Notes: generated from the sequence alone by a model not told the origin. A stretch of 64,000 bases of DNA from Candidatus Parcubacteria bacterium (GCA_002869265.1 PKTH01000011.1:10843-74842); one strand, 5' to 3'. Counted from the stretch's first letter, positions 27,247-37,595 are shown. A program made the numbers and translations.

Positions 27247-28290
27247 ATGGGATTTTTTTCTTCAGTTGATTCTTATCTGGGCGTTGATATTGGTGGCTCC
27301 GGTATAAAAGTGGTGGAACTTAAAAAAGAAGGCAGGGGAGCGAAGCTGGTTTCTTATGGTTTTTCAGAAAACTCAAAAATCAAACCAGGGTTAATGGAAA
27401 ATACTTCGTATGCCGCTCAACTTCTAAAGAAGGTTTGTAAGGATGCTGGCATAAAAAACAAGGCGGCCGTTGCAGCTCTGCCTACTTATGCTGTGTTTTC
27501 TTCTATCCTAAATTTATCAAATGTTACAGAAAAGGACATGGCGTCAGCTGTCCACTGGGAGGCAAAGAAGGTTATCCCCTTGCCGTTAGAGGACATGATT
27601 CTTGATTGGAAGACAATTGATGAAAAAGATGAGAAAGATAAAGACAAGGGTAATATGAAAGTTCTTCTTACCGGGGCTCCTAAGGCTTTAGTAAAAAGAT
27701 ATGTCGATATTTTTAAAGAAGCACAAATGAACTTGATTAGTCTTGAGACAGAGACTTTTTCCCTTGTGCGCTCACTTATGGGAAACGATAAATCAACTGT
27801 CATGATTGTAGAAATGGGGGATGGCACAACAGACATAACGATAGCAGATAACGGTATCCCTTCTTTTAGTAGAAGTGTTGATGTTGGAGGAGGTAAAATA
27901 ACACAAGACATTAGTGAAAAAGGCTCAATGGAATCTGAGATAGCAGAACAATTCAAATACGACCTTGGAATTAGTGCTTTAGGTTCAGGAGAAGTTTCTA
28001 TACCGAAGTTGATTGAAGATAATATTGGACCAATTGTAAATGAAATTAAATACGCTATAAATCTTTATCAAACCAAAGACAATAAGAAAGTAGAAAAAAT
28101 TATTTTGTCAGGTGGGGCCGCTCTCTTGGTTAACTTTTCTGGTTATCTATCAAAAGTATTAGATATAAAAGTTATTCTGGGTGATCCCTGGGATAAAATA
28201 TCATATCCTGACGAGCTTAGACCATTGATGGATGAAATAGGTCCAAAATTGGCTGTTTCAGCTGGCCTAGCCTTAAGAGGAATTTATTAA
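27247..28290 (+). CDS. pilM: Type IV pilus assembly protein PilM
   Basis: Actin-like motifs GVDIGGSGIKVVEL and ILSGGAALL; EAKKVIPLPLEDM. Confidence 0.92.
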   Translation: MGFFSSVDSYLGVDIGGSGIKVVELKKEGRGAKLVSYGFSENSKIKPGLMENTSYAAQLLKKVCKDAGIKNKAAVAALPTYAVFSSILNLSNVTEKDMASAVHWEAKKVIPLPLEDMILDWKTIDEKDEKDKDKGNMKVLLTGAPKALVKRYVDIFKEAQMNLISLETETFSLVRSLMGNDKSTVMIVEMGDGTTDITIADNGIPSFSRSVDVGGGKITQDISEKGSMESEIAEQFKYDLGISALGSGEVSIPKLIEDNIGPIVNEIKYAINLYQTKDNKKVEKIILSGGAALLVNFSGYLSKVLDIKVILGDPWDKISYPDELRPLMDEIGPKLAVSAGLALRGIY

Positions 28291-28295
28291 TTTAT

Positions 28296-29060
28296 ATGTT
28301 TGGAATACAAGGAGAAAAAAATAAAAATAACGATTCACCCAACAAGGAGGGGAAAGTCGATAATAAAAAAATCATCTCAGAATATGATGAAACTTTGAGC
28401 ACAGAACAGAATGAAAGAAATGGCGGAGTTAGTAATAAACTAGATGCTCTTAAGGAAAAACTTGGTCTTCATTCCTCAGCCACGGGGGAGTCAGGGATAA
28501 AAACAAATCTTATAGATACTGATGATGTTGCAACCTTTATAGACTGGAAATCAAGCTCTAGTATTTTTATAAGTTATTTTTTAGTTCTTTTAATAATTAT
28601 TAGTGGGGGGATGGCATATCTAACGTTCTTAGAGGGAGAAAAAGAAAAAAAGGCTACAAGCTACGAAGAAAGAATCTTGGCCATCAAAGCTAATATCTCG
28701 AGCGAAGAGCAAAAGGCTGAAGAGGTCGACAGGCTTCAAAAAAAGATGATTGCCTTTGAGACTATTCTAGATAACCACATTTATTGGACAAACTTTTTTG
28801 ACTATATTGAGGATAACACCTTAGCTCAGGTTTCTTATCAACAATTTTCTGGAGAGACAGACGGAGAGTATAGCCTTCTTGCCAAGGCAGAGAATTCTTT
28901 TTTTACGGCAGGGGAGCAACTCAAGAAATTCAAAGAAGATGAACTGACCGTTGCGGCAGATGCAAGTCAACTGAGTTTATCTTCTAGAGAAGGAAATACT
29001 TTTGTTAATTTTATTTTTAGCTTAAAGGTAGACCCAAAGATTTTTTACAATAAAGAGTAA
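28296..29060 (+). CDS. PilN-like protein
   Basis: NL motif before a TM helix, coiled coil, HIYWTNFF…LAQVSY pattern; follows pilM. Confidence 0.65.
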   Translation: MFGIQGEKNKNNDSPNKEGKVDNKKIISEYDETLSTEQNERNGGVSNKLDALKEKLGLHSSATGESGIKTNLIDTDDVATFIDWKSSSSIFISYFLVLLIIISGGMAYLTFLEGEKEKKATSYEERILAIKANISSEEQKAEEVDRLQKKMIAFETILDNHIYWTNFFDYIEDNTLAQVSYQQFSGETDGEYSLLAKAENSFFTAGEQLKKFKEDELTVAADASQLSLSSREGNTFVNFIFSLKVDPKIFYNKE

Positions 29061-29062
29061 AT

Positions 29063-29698
29063 ATGTCTGACGCTTTTAAAAATTTAAATATCAGTAAGGG
29101 GAAGAGGGCCTTATCATTAATAATTTACAAGTACTCGAATTTGTTAGCAATTTTTTTATTGTTAATTATTTTATTAATTAGTTTTCAGCTAATTATTAAG
29201 CCAAAATACGACAAGATGAAAAACACCTCAGTTGAAATTGAAAAAAGAAAAACCGAGGAAATAGATAAACTGGAAACATATCTAGCTCAACTAAAATCTT
29301 TTAATAAATCTTATAATGAAGTTAGTGACAATGATAAAGAAAGAATGAGCAGGATTATTCCAGGAAACGGTGATTATGAGGACTTAATGGCCGAATTTGA
29401 AAACATTGTTAATAAAAGAAATCTTATTTTAAGGTCTGTGGAGATAAAAAAGACAGGGGCTGCCGCTAGCAATAAAAGAGTGAAGGTGGCCTCGAATGAA
29501 GAAGGCGCTACCTCACTCCCTGAAGGAATAAAAGAGATTATTTTGTCTTTAAGTATTGAAGGGGCCGATTATGATACATTTAAAAGGCTTATGGAAGATT
29601 TTGAAAAGAATCTTCGCATTACAGATGTTAAAAAAATAGATTTTATTGACAAGGGGAGAGTGAGTTTAGATGTTTCGGTTTATTATTATGATTTATAG
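29063..29698 (+). CDS. pilO: PilO-like protein
   Basis: TM, coiled coil, YDTFKRLMEDFEKNLRITDV motif. Confidence 0.75.
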   Translation: MSDAFKNLNISKGKRALSLIIYKYSNLLAIFLLLIILLISFQLIIKPKYDKMKNTSVEIEKRKTEEIDKLETYLAQLKSFNKSYNEVSDNDKERMSRIIPGNGDYEDLMAEFENIVNKRNLILRSVEIKKTGAAASNKRVKVASNEEGATSLPEGIKEIILSLSIEGADYDTFKRLMEDFEKNLRITDVKKIDFIDKGRVSLDVSVYYYDL

Positions 29699-29701
29699 CT
29701 T

Positions 29702-30019
29702 ATGATAATACAGAAAATAAACAAGAAAAAACTATACATGAATATTGGGGCCCTGGTTCTGATTTTTGGGTTGATTGCTTATTTGCTTTTAAGCACTTTT
29801 TCGTCCCCTAAAAAGAAGTCTAGTGGAAGCGGTCAGACAGTTGATTTTACTAAAGAAGTTGTTATTGAAAAGAAATATAAAAGTTTAAAAAAGATCAATT
29901 CAGGAATTTTTGAAGATCCAAGATATAAAGAACTAAAAGATATGAGCAGAAGTTTTGATCCTGACATAGATACTGGGAATAAAAATCCATTTGAAGTTAA
30001 AGAAAAAAATGAAGAATAA
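29702..30019 (+). CDS. Small single-TM pilus-associated protein (PilP position)
   Basis: TM plus C-terminal GNKNPF motif between pilO and pilB. Confidence 0.55.
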   Translation: MIIQKINKKKLYMNIGALVLIFGLIAYLLLSTFSSPKKKSSGSGQTVDFTKEVVIEKKYKSLKKINSGIFEDPRYKELKDMSRSFDPDIDTGNKNPFEVKEKNEE

Positions 30020-31745
30020 AGATATATTAGACATATTGGCTGAGAAAGAGATCTTGGGGGTAAACGAAGTTGTAGCGCTAAGAGAAGAGGCTGAAAAGGA
30101 TAAGATCTTAATAGAAGATTTATTAGAACGAAAAAAAATAATAGATGCTGAGGGTATAAGCAAACTTCAGGCTGAGGTTTTTGGCTTTCCTTATGCAAAT
30201 CTTATGGATAAGGATTTGCCGGAAGAAGCTTTGCAGATTATTCCGAGTGAAGTTGCCCAGAATTATCAAATTATTTGTTTTTCAAAAGAAGACAAGAAGA
30301 TAAAAGTCGGTATAGTTGACCCCAATAATTTCAAGGCAATAGAGGCAGTAGATTTTTTGTCAAAAAGAGGAGGATTACTGGCCGAGTATTTTTTAATTTC
30401 TAGGAAAAGTTTTAACTTTGCTTTTAAAAAATACCAAATTTTGTCCAAAGAGTTAGCCTCTGCGCTTGAAACAAAAGAAGAAGACGAAAAAGTACAAGAT
30501 AAAAAGAAAGAAGACGAGGGAGATCTGGAAGAAGTTACTAAAAGCGCTCCAGTGGCCAAAATAGTTTCAGTCATTATTAGACATGCTGTTGAAGGGAAAG
30601 CTTCTGATATACACATTGAGCCCCTGGAAAAGGAGACCAGGATTAGATATAGGATTGATGGTATTTTGCACACCTCGCTGGTTCTACCAAAAAACATTCA
30701 TTCAGCTATTGTTGCCAGAATAAAAGTTATGGCAAATCTAAAACTAGATGAAACAAGAACACCCCAGGATGGAAGAATTAGAATGCCAATAGATGATAAA
30801 GAATATGATTTTCGTGTTTCTATACTGCCTTTAACGGGCTCAGAAAAGGTTGTGATGAGAATTTTGGACACTAATAAGGGCGCTCCTGCTTTAGCCGACC
30901 TTGGGTTTCAGGGACATGCTCTAAAAGTTATTGAGAGAGGAATAAAATTAACAGAAGGGCTCTTGCTTGTAACTGGACCCACTGGTTCTGGTAAATCGAC
31001 AACCCTTTTCTCTGTTCTTAGTAAACTAAATAAAGAAGGTATAAACATATCCACTCTCGAAGATCCTGTAGAGTATCATTTAACCGGGGCTAATCAATCT
31101 CAGATTAGGCCGGAAGTGGGGTATACCTTCTCAGCTGGGCTTAGATCTTTTTTAAGACAAGACCCAGATATTATTATGGTTGGTGAGATTCGTGACAAGG
31201 AAACTGCTGAGCTTTCTATTCATGCTGCGATGACTGGTCATTTTGTTTTATCGACTGTTCACACTATCAGTGCTGTTGGGGCGCTTACTAGATTGATAGA
31301 TATTGGAGTGGAGCCATTTCTGGTCGGGACAACTATGCGCGTAATAATATCTCAGAGATTGGCCAGAAAGATCTGTGAAAATTGTAAGGAGGTTGATAAA
31401 GTGGGAAGTGAAGTGATAGGGAAAATAATAGAAGAACTAAAAGGAGTTCCTAAAAATTATATAGAAGAAATAATTCCTGATTTTGATTTAGATAAGGTTT
31501 CTATGTATAAGGGGATGGGTTGTGTAAAATGTGGCAATACTGGGTATAAAGGCAGGGTTGCGATATCAGAGGTTATCGAAGTAAACAAAAAAATGCAAAA
31601 ACAAATACTAGATGGTAAAAAACATTTTTCAACAGATGAGATCAGGGAACTTCAAAAGTATATTACAATAAACGAAGATGGTTTAATTAAAATAATACAG
31701 GGCAAAACTACTCTCGAAGAGGTGTTGAGAGTGACCCAAAATTAA
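30009..31745 (+). CDS. pilB: Type IV pilus assembly ATPase PilB/GspE
   Basis: ASDIHIEP, GPTGSGKSTT, LRQDPDIIMVGEIRD, TGHFVLSTVH, tetra-Cys motif. Confidence 0.95.
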   Translation: MKNKDILDILAEKEILGVNEVVALREEAEKDKILIEDLLERKKIIDAEGISKLQAEVFGFPYANLMDKDLPEEALQIIPSEVAQNYQIICFSKEDKKIKVGIVDPNNFKAIEAVDFLSKRGGLLAEYFLISRKSFNFAFKKYQILSKELASALETKEEDEKVQDKKKEDEGDLEEVTKSAPVAKIVSVIIRHAVEGKASDIHIEPLEKETRIRYRIDGILHTSLVLPKNIHSAIVARIKVMANLKLDETRTPQDGRIRMPIDDKEYDFRVSILPLTGSEKVVMRILDTNKGAPALADLGFQGHALKVIERGIKLTEGLLLVTGPTGSGKSTTLFSVLSKLNKEGINISTLEDPVEYHLTGANQSQIRPEVGYTFSAGLRSFLRQDPDIIMVGEIRDKETAELSIHAAMTGHFVLSTVHTISAVGALTRLIDIGVEPFLVGTTMRVIISQRLARKICENCKEVDKVGSEVIGKIIEELKGVPKNYIEEIIPDFDLDKVSMYKGMGCVKCGNTGYKGRVAISEVIEVNKKMQKQILDGKKHFSTDEIRELQKYITINEDGLIKIIQGKTTLEEVLRVTQN

Positions 31746-31752
31746 TAATCAT

Positions 31753-32127
31753 ATGTCAACAAAAAAGAAAATTTTAATTGTGGAGGATGACGAGTTTTTA
31801 TTGAGTATGTATTCAACCAAATTTGAAATAGAAGGCTATGAGGTGGTTATAGCCGCTAATGGTGAAGAGGGGGTTGAAAAATCTAGAAATTCAAATCCGG
31901 ATATAATTCTCCTAGACATAATGCTTCCGCAAATGGATGGTTTTGATGTTTTGAAAAAAATAAAAGCAAGCAGAGAAACAAACTCAATCCCCGTAATATT
32001 ATTAACCAATCTTAGTCAAAAACAAGATGTTGAACAGGGCTTATCTCTAGGGGCTGATGATTATTTAGTTAAAGCACATTTTATGCCGTCAGAGGTTGTT
32101 GATAAAATTAAAAGACTTATAAAATAA
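31753..32127 (+). CDS. Single-domain response regulator (CheY-like receiver)
   Basis: IVEDD, LLDIMLP (phospho-Asp), LTN, conserved Lys. Confidence 0.92.
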   Translation: MSTKKKILIVEDDEFLLSMYSTKFEIEGYEVVIAANGEEGVEKSRNSNPDIILLDIMLPQMDGFDVLKKIKASRETNSIPVILLTNLSQKQDVEQGLSLGADDYLVKAHFMPSEVVDKIKRLIK

Positions 32128-32131
32128 TAAA

Positions 32132-33163
32132 ATGGAAGTAGTTTCAATATTTTTAAATAGAATATTATTAGCGGGACAAAAGAAAAGGGCTACATCTCTT
32201 CATCTGAGTTCTGATAGCCTGCCTATCGTTCGTGTAAATAACCAGCTTTTGGAGGTGGCAGGTGAGCCAGTTGTTGAACATGATTTATTGATGGGGATTA
32301 TTAAATCTATTTTGATGGAAGATGAATTAAATGTCTTGGGAGAAAAGAAAGAAATAACAATTGCCAAAGACCTAGCAGGAGATCTTCGCTTTAGAATAAA
32401 TATTTTTAAACAGAACAACTCATACTCTATTTCTTTTTATTATGTTTCTAAAAAAATAAAAACAATTAAAGAATTAGAACTTCCAGAAGTTTTGTCGGGG
32501 ATAGTCAAACAAAAGACAGGTCTTTTAGTGGTTGCCGGACCGCAGGGTTCAGGAAGAACAGCAACCAGTAGCGCTTTGGTTGAAGAGGTAAACAGTGTAG
32601 GTGGCCACATAGTAACAATCGAAGAGCCCATAGATAATATTTTTGTCAGAAACAAAGCATTAATAGATCAAAGACAAGTAGGTCGTGATGTAAAGACGGC
32701 AGATGATGCAATAAAATATTGTTTAATGGATGACGTTGATTTTGTCTATATTGGGGAAATTAGAAAGCATTTTGAGCTGGCTTTTCCCTTGGCGGCTGAA
32801 CTGGCTTCTGGGAACGCTTTTGTTTTGTTGGAACTTAATGCTACAAGCTCGGTGCAAGTTATTGAAAAACTCACAACTGCTCTAGAGTCAAAGTATAACG
32901 AAGAAGCTGCTCGATTTATGTTAGCTGATGTTTTATCAGCAATCATTACTCAAAAGTCATTTTTCAAAAAACCCACAGGGAAAGTGATTGCTAGGGAGCT
33001 GATGATTAATAATGCTGCCATTCAATCACTGATAAGAGAGGGTAAGCATTTTCAAATAGAAAGTGTTATCCAAACTTCTCGCAATGAAGGTATGATAAGC
33101 ATGGCCAAATCGATTGAAGACCTTGTATCAAGGGGAGTAATAAACGAAAATGATGTTTACTAA
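32132..33163 (+). CDS. pilT: PilT/PilU-family protein with degenerate ATPase motifs
   Basis: RFRINIF, TIEEPI, QRQVGRD, GEIR, AIQSLIREGK; Walker A is GSGRT and the His box is lost. Confidence 0.75.
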   Translation: MEVVSIFLNRILLAGQKKRATSLHLSSDSLPIVRVNNQLLEVAGEPVVEHDLLMGIIKSILMEDELNVLGEKKEITIAKDLAGDLRFRINIFKQNNSYSISFYYVSKKIKTIKELELPEVLSGIVKQKTGLLVVAGPQGSGRTATSSALVEEVNSVGGHIVTIEEPIDNIFVRNKALIDQRQVGRDVKTADDAIKYCLMDDVDFVYIGEIRKHFELAFPLAAELASGNAFVLLELNATSSVQVIEKLTTALESKYNEEAARFMLADVLSAIITQKSFFKKPTGKVIARELMINNAAIQSLIREGKHFQIESVIQTSRNEGMISMAKSIEDLVSRGVINENDVY

Positions 33164-33165
33164 AT

Positions 33166-34368
33166 ATGTCATTATATAAATACAAAGTATTAGATCCGTC
33201 AGGTAAGGCCCTTTCTGGCCTAGTTGAAGCGAATTCAGAGGATTCAGCTGCCGCCACTTTACGTGAAAAAGGCTATTCTATAATTTCTCTATATTTAGAG
33301 TCCGCCGGGGATAAAGCTAAGGGCTCTTTTGTTATCGACAGAGTTACTCCGAAAGATATGGTTATATTTTCTCGGCAGTTATCTGTTTTGATTTCGGCCA
33401 ATGTTGCTATAGTGCAGGCCCTCCGAATACTTGTAGACCAAACAGAAAATTTGAAGTTAAAAATGGTTCTCTCTGAGGTTGTTGACGAAATAGACGGAGG
33501 TTCAACTCTCTCAATTTCTTTTAGTAAAAGACCCAAGATTTTTGATAGCTTTTTTGTGAATATTGTAAAATCAGGTGAAAGTTCGGGTAAGCTAGATGAG
33601 GTTCTAGATTATCTAGCAGATGAAATGGAAAAAGAGTATGACATGCTTAGTAAGATAAAGGGGGCAATGATATACCCAGCTTTTGTCTTAGTGGGGTTAG
33701 TTGGTGTGGGGATAGTGATGATGGTATTTGTGGTCCCGAAACTTACAGCAGTTTTAGAAGAGAGTGGAATGGAGCTTCCTTTTGCCACTAAAGTTCTAAT
33801 TTTAGTGTCCGGTTTGCTACAATCTTATTGGTTGTTAGTGATTATTGGTCTTGTCGGTTTCTACTTTGGTTTTAAATATATTATAAACACAAAAGTTGGG
33901 AAGGTGGTTTTTGATAACGTAGTTCTACGTTTACCAATATTTGGTAAACTTTTTCAATTAATTTATCTCACCAGGTTTACAAGATCCTTCAGTACACTTT
34001 TGGTTGGGGGAGTGACAATTACTCACGGTCTAAAAATTGTCGAAGATGTAGTTACAAATTCAGTCTACAAGGATCTTATTCATAAAACGGTTATTAGTAT
34101 TGAAGATGGGCACTCTATTTCAGAAGAATTTACTAAAAGTAAAAGTATTCCTAAAATGGTTAGTCAAATGATGAATATTGGAGAAAAAACAGGTAGGCTT
34201 GATATGATTTTGAAAAAAATTACAGAGTTTTATTCGAGAGAAATAGATAATATTGTAGCTAATCTAATGACCCTGATGGAACCAATTATTATGGTTATTA
34301 TGGGAGTAGCTGTGGGATTGATGGTGGCTGCTATTATTCTCCCGATGTATCAAATGGCTGGGGTATAG
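33166..34368 (+). CDS. pilC: Type IV pilus platform protein PilC/GspF
   Basis: FSRQLS, GESSGKLDEVL, AMIYP, GEKTGRLD, LMEPIIMV motifs. Confidence 0.95.
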   Translation: MSLYKYKVLDPSGKALSGLVEANSEDSAAATLREKGYSIISLYLESAGDKAKGSFVIDRVTPKDMVIFSRQLSVLISANVAIVQALRILVDQTENLKLKMVLSEVVDEIDGGSTLSISFSKRPKIFDSFFVNIVKSGESSGKLDEVLDYLADEMEKEYDMLSKIKGAMIYPAFVLVGLVGVGIVMMVFVVPKLTAVLEESGMELPFATKVLILVSGLLQSYWLLVIIGLVGFYFGFKYIINTKVGKVVFDNVVLRLPIFGKLFQLIYLTRFTRSFSTLLVGGVTITHGLKIVEDVVTNSVYKDLIHKTVISIEDGHSISEEFTKSKSIPKMVSQMMNIGEKTGRLDMILKKITEFYSREIDNIVANLMTLMEPIIMVIMGVAVGLMVAAIILPMYQMAGV

Positions 34369-34512
34369 GCAAAAATATTTTCAGAAATATTAAAAATATG
34401 TTATAATGTGGATAAGTATTTTTATATACTTTTATTAATTAATCCTCATGCTTGTTTATTTAAATTCTAGGATTAAATAAATATGTGTGTAAATTGGAAA
34501 GAGAGGTGAATT

Positions 34513-35016
34513 ATGAAAAAGAATAATCAAAAAGGTTTTACTCTTATTGAGTTGTTGGTAGTAATCGCCATTATTGGTCTTCTATCAACTCTAGCGGTTG
34601 TTTCTCTAAACAATGCTAGAACAAAGTCTAGAGATGCTAGACGTATTGCTGATGTTAAGCAGATACAAACAGCCTTAGAGCTTTATTTCACTGATAACGG
34701 TGAATACCCTGATCAGCCAGCAAGTGGTGTTTGCCCAGACTCTAGTACTGGTCACGTAGCAGCCGCTGGAAAGATTGCTGGTTGTTGTTTAGCTGAAACA
34801 GGTGGTTTCGCTGCAACATGTGGTGGTGGCACTACTTTCATGGGTGTTGTCCCTGATAATCCAGATCCAAATGGACAAGATTATGTATACACAGCCGATG
34901 TCTCTGGTTCATCAAATGATTCATATCACTTGGTTTACTTGCTTGAGGAAGACACCGCTGGTGTTGCTGGTGGAACTCCTCATAACGCTACTCCATCAGG
35001 TATTGTTGAAGACTAG
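34513..35016 (+). CDS. pilA: Major type IV pilin
   Basis: KG|FTLIELLVVIAIIGLL class III signal, SRDARRIADVKQIQTALELY; own TGTTATAAT promoter, SD GAGGTG and terminator. Confidence 0.88.
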   Translation: MKKNNQKGFTLIELLVVIAIIGLLSTLAVVSLNNARTKSRDARRIADVKQIQTALELYFTDNGEYPDQPASGVCPDSSTGHVAAAGKIAGCCLAETGGFAATCGGGTTFMGVVPDNPDPNGQDYVYTADVSGSSNDSYHLVYLLEEDTAGVAGGTPHNATPSGIVED

Positions 35017-35034
35017 TACTTAACAATATTTCAA

Positions 35035-35068
35035 AACAAAAAAACCTCTTTTAAGAGGTTTTTTTGTT
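35035..35068 (+). terminator. Intrinsic terminator after the pilin gene
   Basis: Inverted repeat aacaaaaaaacctctt / aagaggtttttttgtt. Confidence 0.85.
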
Positions 35069-35105
35069 GTTTTGCTTATTTTTATGAGAATAGTATAATA
35101 AATGT

Positions 35106-37418
35106 ATGAAAAAAACTTTTAACTTTAGAAAAATACTAGAAATTTTTGAAAGTATTTTAGTTTATGCTATCCCGTTTTTTGTACCCTTGTTTTTTGCATT
35201 ATTTTTCAAAACAAACAATGTCTTTTCTCTGAATAAAATAGTTTTATTTAAAGTTCTGGTAATTTTTTTGTTTTTAGTAAATATCATAAATTTTGTTTTT
35301 TATAAAGACCATAGAATAAGGAGTCTTATTAGTAGATTAAAGGAGAGGAGGATTATATTTCTATCTTTCTTTTTCTATATATTAATATTATTTATTTCAA
35401 CTTTATTTTCCATTTCCCCGTCTTTTAGTTTTTATGGTTCATATGAAAGACAGCTAGGGCTAGAAAGCTATCTATATTTATTATTGTATTTTTTTCTTTT
35501 ACTTATTTTTTTGGATAATAGAAAAAAAATTATTATAACACTTAAGTCTTTGGCTTTCTCTTCTTTTTTTATTTCAGTCTATGCACTCTTACAATCAATA
35601 GGGATAGATGTTTTTACTTGGATTGAGTCTACAGAATTGCGAGTAACTTCCAGTTTTGGACAGCCAAATTTGCTTGGGATATTTCTTGTTATGGCTATGC
35701 CCATAAATATTTTTCTCTATAAAGAGAGTAAGTCAAAATTCCGTTATTTTTTTGTTATTAATTCTGTGTTCTTGTTTGTCTCTCTTATCTACACAGCTAG
35801 CATTAGTTCTTTTTTATCACTTATTTTGACAAGTGGTTTTTTTATTTTACTGATAGCCAGGAAGCGAGGCCTGGTCTCTGTTCTAAAAGACAAGAAAGTT
35901 ATTTTAATATTTTTTATTTTCTTTATTTTTATTCTTAGCTCAAACAAAATTTTTGAAAAAAAGTTTTTTTCAACTATAAATCTTCAATCAGGAAGCACTG
36001 CCGCTAGAATCAATTATTGGCAGGCTGGGCTAAAGGCAATAAAAGTTTCTCCCATATTTGGTTATGGCCTAGAAACCCAGGATTCGGTTTTAGCTAGATT
36101 TTATGATACCGACTGGGCTATTCATTCCAATATTGGCGTTCGGCCAGACAGAGCACATAACATTTTAATAGATAGCTTTTTAACTTCAGGTTTTTTAGGG
36201 CCGCTTGCTTTTATTTTTTTCTACTTTGTAATATTTACTTTGATATATCAAAACATTAAAAGCAAGAAAGAAGCTCGTCTTAATTATGCTATCTCTTTCT
36301 CGTTATTATCTTATCTTATTTATTTATTCTTTAACTTTTCATCGGTTAGTTTAGAAATAATTACCTGGGTATTTTTTTCTATTTTAATTATCATTTCTAT
36401 TAATAGCCCAAGGGATAAAGAAAACACTCCAGATGAGCAAAAGATTTTTTCTAAAAACAGTTTTGTTGATGTTGCTAGCAAGGTTTTTTTGCTAGTAATT
36501 TTTATTTTGCCTCTTTTCTTTTTGCTACGCCAAGAATTAAATAAGCTAATAGCCGACAAGTATTTCTTAGATATCCGTCAGGCTAGAATTAATAATGAAT
36601 TTTTTAAAGCGCTGACACTATATGATTATATAGGAGTGTTAAATTTAAAAACAAACACCTATGATATAAAATTCGCTCAAATGCTTTCTTCTTGGACCCC
36701 AGAAATGGAGCAATACGGCAAGCTTTTTAAGGTAACTGGAGCTAATTATATGAAAAGTGCAGTAAGCAGGATAGGTGGCCGTACATATGAAGAGAGACTT
36801 GCCAGAGCAAGCGTTCTTTCCACTCTGTCAGCTAATGATTCCGAATATTTAGACGATGCCGAAGAAGAGCTTAGCAGTGTTATTTTAGATTTCCCAAATA
36901 TTCCTAGAAATTACTATAATTTAGCAAGATTTTATTTTAATAATAACAAACTTGAATTAGCTGAAGAAAATATATACAAAGCTCTAGAAAGGATACCTAG
37001 CGTTGATAACCAAAATTTAAATAGGGAGCATAAAGAAAAGATTTTGGAGGAACTTTATATCAACAACATCTTGCTTGGAGATATTTACTTGAAGATAAGT
37101 AATTTGCTAAAGGCTTTGGATTATTACAAAGAAGCGAATTCGATATTAGAAAATCCACACAGTAATTATAAAATTGCTAATATATATATTCTGCAGGGGG
37201 AAGTGGACAAAGCTATTTGGCACAACAAGAAATCAATTGAGTTAGACCAAGGTAATTATATTTGGTATTATTATTTAGCAGAGACCTATAATAAAACAAA
37301 AGATTTTGAGAATGCTCTTGTCTTTCTGGAAAAGGCTCTCGAGAGATTTCCAGAACATTCCGAGTCTTTAAAACTAAAAGAATCAATTCAGGCAAATGGA
37401 AAAAATAACAATAATTAA
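35106..37418 (+). CDS. O-antigen ligase/O-oligosaccharyltransferase (Wzy_C) family protein with C-terminal TPRs
   Basis: About 12 TMs, RVTSSFGQPN, R…W…PIFGYG, DRAHN motifs, TPR helices; TATAAT 6 nt before the ATG. Confidence 0.85.
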   Translation: MKKTFNFRKILEIFESILVYAIPFFVPLFFALFFKTNNVFSLNKIVLFKVLVIFLFLVNIINFVFYKDHRIRSLISRLKERRIIFLSFFFYILILFISTLFSISPSFSFYGSYERQLGLESYLYLLLYFFLLLIFLDNRKKIIITLKSLAFSSFFISVYALLQSIGIDVFTWIESTELRVTSSFGQPNLLGIFLVMAMPINIFLYKESKSKFRYFFVINSVFLFVSLIYTASISSFLSLILTSGFFILLIARKRGLVSVLKDKKVILIFFIFFIFILSSNKIFEKKFFSTINLQSGSTAARINYWQAGLKAIKVSPIFGYGLETQDSVLARFYDTDWAIHSNIGVRPDRAHNILIDSFLTSGFLGPLAFIFFYFVIFTLIYQNIKSKKEARLNYAISFSLLSYLIYLFFNFSSVSLEIITWVFFSILIIISINSPRDKENTPDEQKIFSKNSFVDVASKVFLLVIFILPLFFLLRQELNKLIADKYFLDIRQARINNEFFKALTLYDYIGVLNLKTNTYDIKFAQMLSSWTPEMEQYGKLFKVTGANYMKSAVSRIGGRTYEERLARASVLSTLSANDSEYLDDAEEELSSVILDFPNIPRNYYNLARFYFNNNKLELAEENIYKALERIPSVDNQNLNREHKEKILEELYINNILLGDIYLKISNLLKALDYYKEANSILENPHSNYKIANIYILQGEVDKAIWHNKKSIELDQGNYIWYYYLAETYNKTKDFENALVFLEKALERFPEHSESLKLKESIQANGKNNNN

Positions 37419-37500
37419 ACCAAGAAAAACATTTGATTTTTCCGACCTAAGAGAGATTTGGGATTATCGAGAGCTTTTATATTTTTTTACCCATTGTTGA
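37396..37500 (+). pseudogene. Truncated N-terminal remnant of a Wzm (ABC-2 polysaccharide export permease) gene
   Basis: Reads MEKITIIKPRKTFDFSDLREIWDYRELLYFFT then HC-stop; matches the LxExWxYRELLYF start of Wzm proteins. Confidence 0.7.
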
Positions 37501-37595
37501 TATTTAACATTCTTAAAGGACCGAAAGATAGTTTGCCTATATTGTTTAGAATTGACTTTTTGTGATATAATGGTTGTATATTAAATTTTATAATT

